From positions 4,230,001-4,262,000 of the forward strand of contig NZ_CP042905.2 of NCBI RefSeq assembly GCF_008000775.2: a stretch of DNA of 32,000 nt. The letters are read 5' to 3'. Positions 27,271 through 32,000 of this stretch are shown here, piece after piece; the stretch's first letter is position 1, and each line of letters starts with the position of its first letter. The DNA is from Promethearchaeum syntrophicum. GTDB lineage: Archaea; Asgardarchaeota; Lokiarchaeia; Sigyniarchaeales; Promethearchaeaceae. Made by a program: the position numbers and the translations under genes. The notes beneath the pieces were generated by a model. The model ran no database searches. It saw nothing but the letters and a program-made list of their open reading frames with translations, and was not told the DNA's origin.

Positions 27271-28830
27271 ATGCGAACACACCCTGCCATGTACGCGAAT
27301 TCAATCACAGTGAATTCGGTGAATAAAATGATTTCAGCAAAGCAAAAAAAACCTTCGATCGAGCGTATTCGACGTACCCCAAGAAATCCGGAAGTGGTGA
27401 AAGTCCTCAAAGAAGTCACCGCCTTTGGAATTGGATTGGATGTGCATAAAGACTCGATTGCCCTCTGCATGAGCGGACGCCTTCCTTCTGGAGAAACCTT
27501 GGTGATCCGTGAACATACTTTCCGCAACCACCATCAAGGGGTGGAAGAATTATGTCGATTTCTGCGTCCTTATCAAGCAAAAGCAACCATTCTGATGGAG
27601 TGCACAGGCGTTTACCACGTGGCCTTATATCAAACACTTCAACAACGCTTTCCATCTCGTAGGGAATTTCTCATTGCCATGAATCCCCTGTTAGTCCACA
27701 ATCGGATTGCAGATTTAGGAACGAAAAGTGATCGAGCTGATGCCCGGACATTGTCCAATTTAGCGTTTTATGAGCGAATTTTACGCCCAAGTTATGTGGG
27801 AAGTCCCGAATTCTTTACTGTAAGGGACTATATGCGGTCCTATCATCGCACAAGAACCCAGACTACTACCTGCAAAAACCGTATCCATCGACACCTCCAT
27901 CTGGCTAATCAGAAATTCAGTTTTAACTTGAACACGGAGTGGGGTCTCCAACTCTTGGATCGTTACATTGCCCAATCCCGTCCTTTGGGGGAGGTCTACG
28001 AAGAATTCCTTGCAGAATTAAAAACTAATGGTCAGGGAAGAGTGTTAGAACGACAAGCAACCGAGATAGTTCCTCATGCTGAAGTCCGACTCACGGAACC
28101 TCAATGCTTTCTTTTGCAAGTGGAAGTCATACGCCTCTTGGAATCCCAAGCAGCCGCAGCTATCTTATTGAAAGAAGCCGAAACATATGTGTTGAACCAT
28201 CCCACGCTTCGTACCCACTACGAACAGCTCTGTTTTATCCCTGGATTCAATGCGGTGACCGTACTCACCATCCTCACGGAGGTAGGAAATTATTCTCGCT
28301 TCCGCACCGCCGATGCATTCAGCAAATTCTGCGGTGTGGTTCCTACAGTGGAACAAAGCGGGACATTTCGCTCCAAGGGCCATGTTAACCGCTTCACGAA
28401 TAAACATTTACGTTCTGCCCTCTCGCAAGCAGCTGCAATCATTTTGAGCCGTCCGGATCGTAACACAGATATTGGGGCTTATGCGTACAAACAACTGCTC
28501 CTCCGTAAACTTCCCTTCAAGAAAGCTATGATGAAGGTTGCGTTTAAGTATAGTCGGATAGTATTCGGAATGTTGACCGGAATTCGGCAGTATGATCCCT
28601 ATCATGAGACTATGGAAAAGAAACGAGCACGTCTCCAGAAGCATCTTACAAATCAAGGGACTCTTCTTGAAAGTCACCGTACCCGAGCTTTAAGACGAAA
28701 CATCTCCAAGCTTTTGGTGACAAATTCCGATTTACTGAATAGCACGAGTAAGTATCATCTTGTGCATGGCTTTAAACGGCTCATTCGGAAGTCAAAATAT
28801 CAAGACAAGCACACATCTACGCGAAAATAA
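27271..28830 (+). CDS. IS110-family transposase (DEDD RuvC-like plus Transposase_20 serine domain)
   Basis: GIGLDVHKDS, ECTGVYH and GTKSDRADARTLSNL (DEDD). IPGFNAVTVLTILTEVG...FSKFCGVVPTVEQSG...GHVNRFTNKHLRSALSQAA (serine domain). AGGAGG Shine-Dalgarno just upstream. Confidence 0.96.
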   Translation: MRTHPAMYANSITVNSVNKMISAKQKKPSIERIRRTPRNPEVVKVLKEVTAFGIGLDVHKDSIALCMSGRLPSGETLVIREHTFRNHHQGVEELCRFLRPYQAKATILMECTGVYHVALYQTLQQRFPSRREFLIAMNPLLVHNRIADLGTKSDRADARTLSNLAFYERILRPSYVGSPEFFTVRDYMRSYHRTRTQTTTCKNRIHRHLHLANQKFSFNLNTEWGLQLLDRYIAQSRPLGEVYEEFLAELKTNGQGRVLERQATEIVPHAEVRLTEPQCFLLQVEVIRLLESQAAAAILLKEAETYVLNHPTLRTHYEQLCFIPGFNAVTVLTILTEVGNYSRFRTADAFSKFCGVVPTVEQSGTFRSKGHVNRFTNKHLRSALSQAAAIILSRPDRNTDIGAYAYKQLLLRKLPFKKAMMKVAFKYSRIVFGMLTGIRQYDPYHETMEKKRARLQKHLTNQGTLLESHRTRALRRNISKLLVTNSDLLNSTSKYHLVHGFKRLIRKSKYQDKHTSTRK

Positions 28831-28839
28831 AAAAATTGA

Positions 28840-28889
28840 AACTTTATCTCTAAGGAAGACCGCTAGGTCTTCTGGCTAAAGTTTTTTTT
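28840..28889 (+). terminator. two-part hairpin plus T tract downstream of transposase
   Basis: Outer AACTTTA/TAAAGTT (28840-28846/28877-28883) enclosing inner GAAGACC-GCTA-GGTCTTC (28855-28872), followed by a T-run. Confidence 0.6.
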
Positions 28890-29026
28890 CTATTTCTTAT
28901 TTTAAAAAGGCATTTTCTAAATTGAGGGTTATAACAACTTTTTTATATTTCTAAAAGAAAAATAATAGTATTCGATGGAACTTGAAAAATTCTATTCAAA
29001 TTCTAGGAATAATGAGGTAAAAAAAA

Positions 29027-29407
29027 ATGATATTACAAATTGGAGATATTTTAAATGAACTCTTAGGTTTATTTGGAATTGGTATAATACTCGGAATATT
29101 TTTTGGTGGGTTCCTTATCTATGTGTTATGTTTAAAATGGGGAATTAATAGAGTTAAAGGAAAAGAAAATGATTTCGGGTCTGCGTTCATCACGGCACTC
29201 CTTTCTTATGTCTGTAGCTACATTCCGTGTGGATGTTTCTTATCTGCTTATATAATTAGCACTCGACATAAAGTTTCCTATGGAAATGGAATCCTTGCTT
29301 TAATACTTGCGGGAATATTACCTATACTACTTGGTTTAATAATAATCGTGATAATCATAGTGTTAACTATAGGATTTTCCGGATTTTTAGCAATATTTGG
29401 TTTATAA
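29027..29407 (+). CDS. small hydrophobic membrane protein
   Basis: 126-aa ORF with three to four hydrophobic segments and AATGAGG upstream. No recognised family. Confidence 0.55.
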   Translation: MILQIGDILNELLGLFGIGIILGIFFGGFLIYVLCLKWGINRVKGKENDFGSAFITALLSYVCSYIPCGCFLSAYIISTRHKVSYGNGILALILAGILPILLGLIIIVIIIVLTIGFSGFLAIFGL

Positions 29408-29458
29408 TTGATTACGAAGAAAGAGATTCAAAAAAAAATTTTTTTTTACATTGTTTTT

Positions 29459-30043
29459 TTATTCCTTCTGATTTTCTGGGACAATAGAAGACATTCCCGG
29501 ACAGATTCCCCAATCAAAATCATATTTGCAAGCTCTACAAGTTTTATAGAGATTCCATGCGCGCATAGAATTTATAAATAAATGCCCTACCATGAAATAA
29601 ATTAACGTTAAAATAAGTTTTGTTCCAAAATCGTAAATCAATGACCATATTGCTGCTACACAGAACGCAATTCCAATCCCAATTATTATTTTCGTAAAGA
29701 TTTTAATTGTTTTTTTCTTTGCCAATCCAAATATAGTTAATAGATATATGGAACAGCCCCCAAAACCAAAATACCATAAAGTGGGGGTAGATAACACAGA
29801 ATATAATCCACTTAAATACCCAAGAATATAAACTATAAAAGCAGTTGGGTAGGTAATAAAACATCCAATACAAAAATCTTTATTAAAAAGGCGGAAAGTG
29901 TGATTTCCTCCTTGAAATTCATCACAAAGCGGGTGATGGGAAAGAAGGATGGGTTTTAGAGCTCGATAATGCCTTTGCATTCTTTCCTTGAAAGATCTTT
30001 TCGCTACTGGATCAATTCTATTCTCCAAATTCTGAATCATCAA
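29459..30043 (-). CDS. membrane protein, DUF2085-like
   Basis: SHHPLCDEF...HTFRLFNKDFCIGCFITYP and CRACKYDFDWGICPG, with multiple TM segments. Family assignment is tentative. Confidence 0.5.
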   Translation of the reverse strand: MMIQNLENRIDPVAKRSFKERMQRHYRALKPILLSHHPLCDEFQGGNHTFRLFNKDFCIGCFITYPTAFIVYILGYLSGLYSVLSTPTLWYFGFGGCSIYLLTIFGLAKKKTIKIFTKIIIGIGIAFCVAAIWSLIYDFGTKLILTLIYFMVGHLFINSMRAWNLYKTCRACKYDFDWGICPGMSSIVPENQKE

Positions 30044-30253
30044 GGGTAATTATTTTTATTTCAATAAATTATTTCGTCCTCATTTTTTATAGTAGGAGAA
30101 TTTATTCAAACAAAAAAAAAATTTCCCCATTTTCTTTGAAGTTCAAATCTATATATTGAGTATATGTTGATCTGAATATTTTTTCAAGTTTTTTCCCTTT
30201 TCTCTTCATATTCTTATAAATGTCTTAAACAATTCATAAAATTGAAAATTATA

Positions 30254-32000
30254 ATGTTAATAAACGATATTTTCACGGGAATAGTTCTTTTATGCCTAAT
30301 TCATATTATATATCTGATTTTAAACGATCGCAAAGATCTCCCAATTGAGATCAGTAAGAAAAACGGAAATCCATTTGTTAGTATTATTGTTCCTACATTA
30401 AATGAGGAAAATAATATCTCAAAATGTATATCCAGTTTAGAAAAAATTGATTATCCCAATAAAGAAATTATCGTAGTAGACGGCGGCTCGAAAGACCGTA
30501 CGGTCGAAATTGCTAAGGGATTTGGAGTAAAAATAATAACCTTTAATAAATTACCGGAAAATTGGGTCGGAAAGTCATATGCATGTCATTTAGGATATAA
30601 AGAATCAAGAGGGGATATTCTATTATTTACAGATGCCGATACTGTTCACACACCTGATTCCCTAACTATTACGATTTCCAAATTGCTACATCATAATATA
30701 TCTTTGCTTTCTACAATTCCCTATCAACAAGCAGAAAGATGGTATGAATATCTTTCGGGGTATTATTTCTTCTTAGCTTGGTTAATTAGAGGACCGAAAA
30801 TAAATATTTATAATAAGAAGAAAAAGGATTTTTTTGCCATAGGGCAATATATGTTATTCCAAAGGGAAAAATATGAACAACTAGGTGGACATGTTGCTAT
30901 TCATGAAAAAGTGGTTGAAGATTTTGCATTAGCCAAATTGGTTAAAGAAAAAGGTCATCATTTGTATTATCTTGATAAAAATAAAATCGTTTCATGTCGA
31001 ATGTATCCAGATGGATTTAGAAGTTTCTATGAAGGGTTTAGAAAATCAATTTGGACAGGAATGGAAATGCTTCCACTTTATAAAATATTTATAGCAGCAT
31101 CTTGGATTATTTTGGGCCTTTTTGCCCCTTATTTCCTCATAAAATCTTTATTGGACGGAGAAAATATACTCCGTATTGCATTTTACGGGGGAAGTTATTT
31201 ATTATTTGCATTCTCGTTGTATTATGATTGGCATCCAAACAGAAAGGATCATTTAATTGTCTATTTATTGTACCCTATCGGACTTTTGATTACAACCATA
31301 ATCTTGATCACATCGATTTATGATGGAATTTTAGGGAAACCCGTAAAATGGAAAGGAATAAATTATGAAACAAAAATAAAAAGTAAAAAAACAAAATTTG
31401 AACAAAAACCAGAAATACGGGTGAAAAAGAAAAGGTTAGCTACATTAGATTTTTTGAGAGGGGTTGCAATTTTAATGGTAGTAGGATTCCATTCAATTGA
31501 ACGAGCCCTACCTATCGATTTTTGGGATAATTTTATTTTGACAGCTCCGAAATGGCAATTTTATTTATTCGGACCTTTTTTACTTTTAATGAGTTGGCGG
31601 GGCTTTTTCATTTTAATTTCCGCAATTGTGTATATTTATACGTTTGAAGCAAGGGTTCGTATAACCAATAATCCGGGAATCCTTTTAAAGAAAAATATAA
31701 TGAAAGGAACAATTTTATTTCTTTTTGGATGTATTATAAACATCTTTTTGCATCCAGACGCAACAATTGGAACTTTTCTTCTAACTGGTCAATGGCAACC
31801 AGAACAATTCATCTTTAGATTAAATAACTCCAATGCTATTCAAATGATTGCATTGGGATTGATAATATTTTCTTTTATTCATTTTATACTCACTCGAAAT
31901 AAAGGTTATAAGAAAACAACTAGAAATTTAATAATATATACGTCTTTAATGATACTAATTATCTTTTTAACACCAATATTGAATCGAATTTTGTTTTCGA
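30254..32000 (+). CDS. family 2 glycosyltransferase (CrtQ-like) fused to a C-terminal DUF1624/HGSNAT-like acyltransferase membrane domain; partial, runs off window
   Basis: Manual translation from ATG 30254 is open to the window end: VSIIVPTLNEENNISKCISSLEKIDYPNKEIIVVDGGSKDRTVEIA...LPENWVGKSYACHLGY...LLFTDADTVHTPDSL, later KKKRLATLDFLRGVAILMVVGFHSIERALP plus TM helices. Confidence 0.8.
   Translation, partial: MLINDIFTGIVLLCLIHIIYLILNDRKDLPIEISKKNGNPFVSIIVPTLNEENNISKCISSLEKIDYPNKEIIVVDGGSKDRTVEIAKGFGVKIITFNKLPENWVGKSYACHLGYKESRGDILLFTDADTVHTPDSLTITISKLLHHNISLLSTIPYQQAERWYEYLSGYYFFLAWLIRGPKINIYNKKKKDFFAIGQYMLFQREKYEQLGGHVAIHEKVVEDFALAKLVKEKGHHLYYLDKNKIVSCRMYPDGFRSFYEGFRKSIWTGMEMLPLYKIFIAASWIILGLFAPYFLIKSLLDGENILRIAFYGGSYLLFAFSLYYDWHPNRKDHLIVYLLYPIGLLITTIILITSIYDGILGKPVKWKGINYETKIKSKKTKFEQKPEIRVKKKRLATLDFLRGVAILMVVGFHSIERALPIDFWDNFILTAPKWQFYLFGPFLLLMSWRGFFILISAIVYIYTFEARVRITNNPGILLKKNIMKGTILFLFGCIINIFLHPDATIGTFLLTGQWQPEQFIFRLNNSNAIQMIALGLIIFSFIHFILTRNKGYKKTTRNLIIYTSLMILIIFLTPILNRILFS

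Larger units (their letters stand above)
26895..28895 (+). mobile_element. IS110-family insertion sequence (approximate limits)
   Basis: GC-rich island containing a structured non-coding left end, an IS110 transposase, and a short right end with hairpin and T tract. No terminal inverted repeats or target duplications seen, as expected for IS110. Boundaries are estimates. Confidence 0.75.

Noticed and set aside
1-32000. CRISPR array or classical defence island
   Set aside because: No regularly spaced repeats, Cas genes or recognisable defence proteins seen. The only short direct repeat pair has two copies.

Overview
AT-rich archaeal chromosomal window. CDP-archaeol synthase (CarS-like), a ZPR1-type zinc protein, a THUMP protein and a split gamma-delta-alpha-beta 2-oxoacid:ferredoxin oxidoreductase point to Archaea. 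A longin/roadblock-like protein weakly suggests an Asgard/Lokiarchaeia-like host (inference). Most genes are housekeeping or energy/CoA metabolism: DUF35 plus thiolase, acyl-CoA synthetase, tungsten aldehyde:ferredoxin oxidoreductase-like protein, Fe-ADH, SCP2 proteins, a 2-hydroxyacyl-CoA dehydratase-activase-like triad, MoxR plus VWA, MscL, PorGDAB and a PPi-type phosphofructokinase. The two most interesting signals are non-coding. (1) About 340 nt of GC-rich, hairpin-rich, non-coding DNA lies directly upstream of an IS110-family DEDD/serine transposase. It has a degenerate internal duplication at a constant 125-nt offset and is a strong candidate for an IS110 bridge (guide) RNA in an archaeon. 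(2) At about 25036-25184 there is an isolated structured RNA candidate: an 8-11 bp closing helix encloses three perfect hairpins and is followed by a T tract, and no family is recognised. Also notable are a glycosyltransferase-acyltransferase fusion running off the window end and missing from the ORF track, and an unlisted 55-aa charged ORF.
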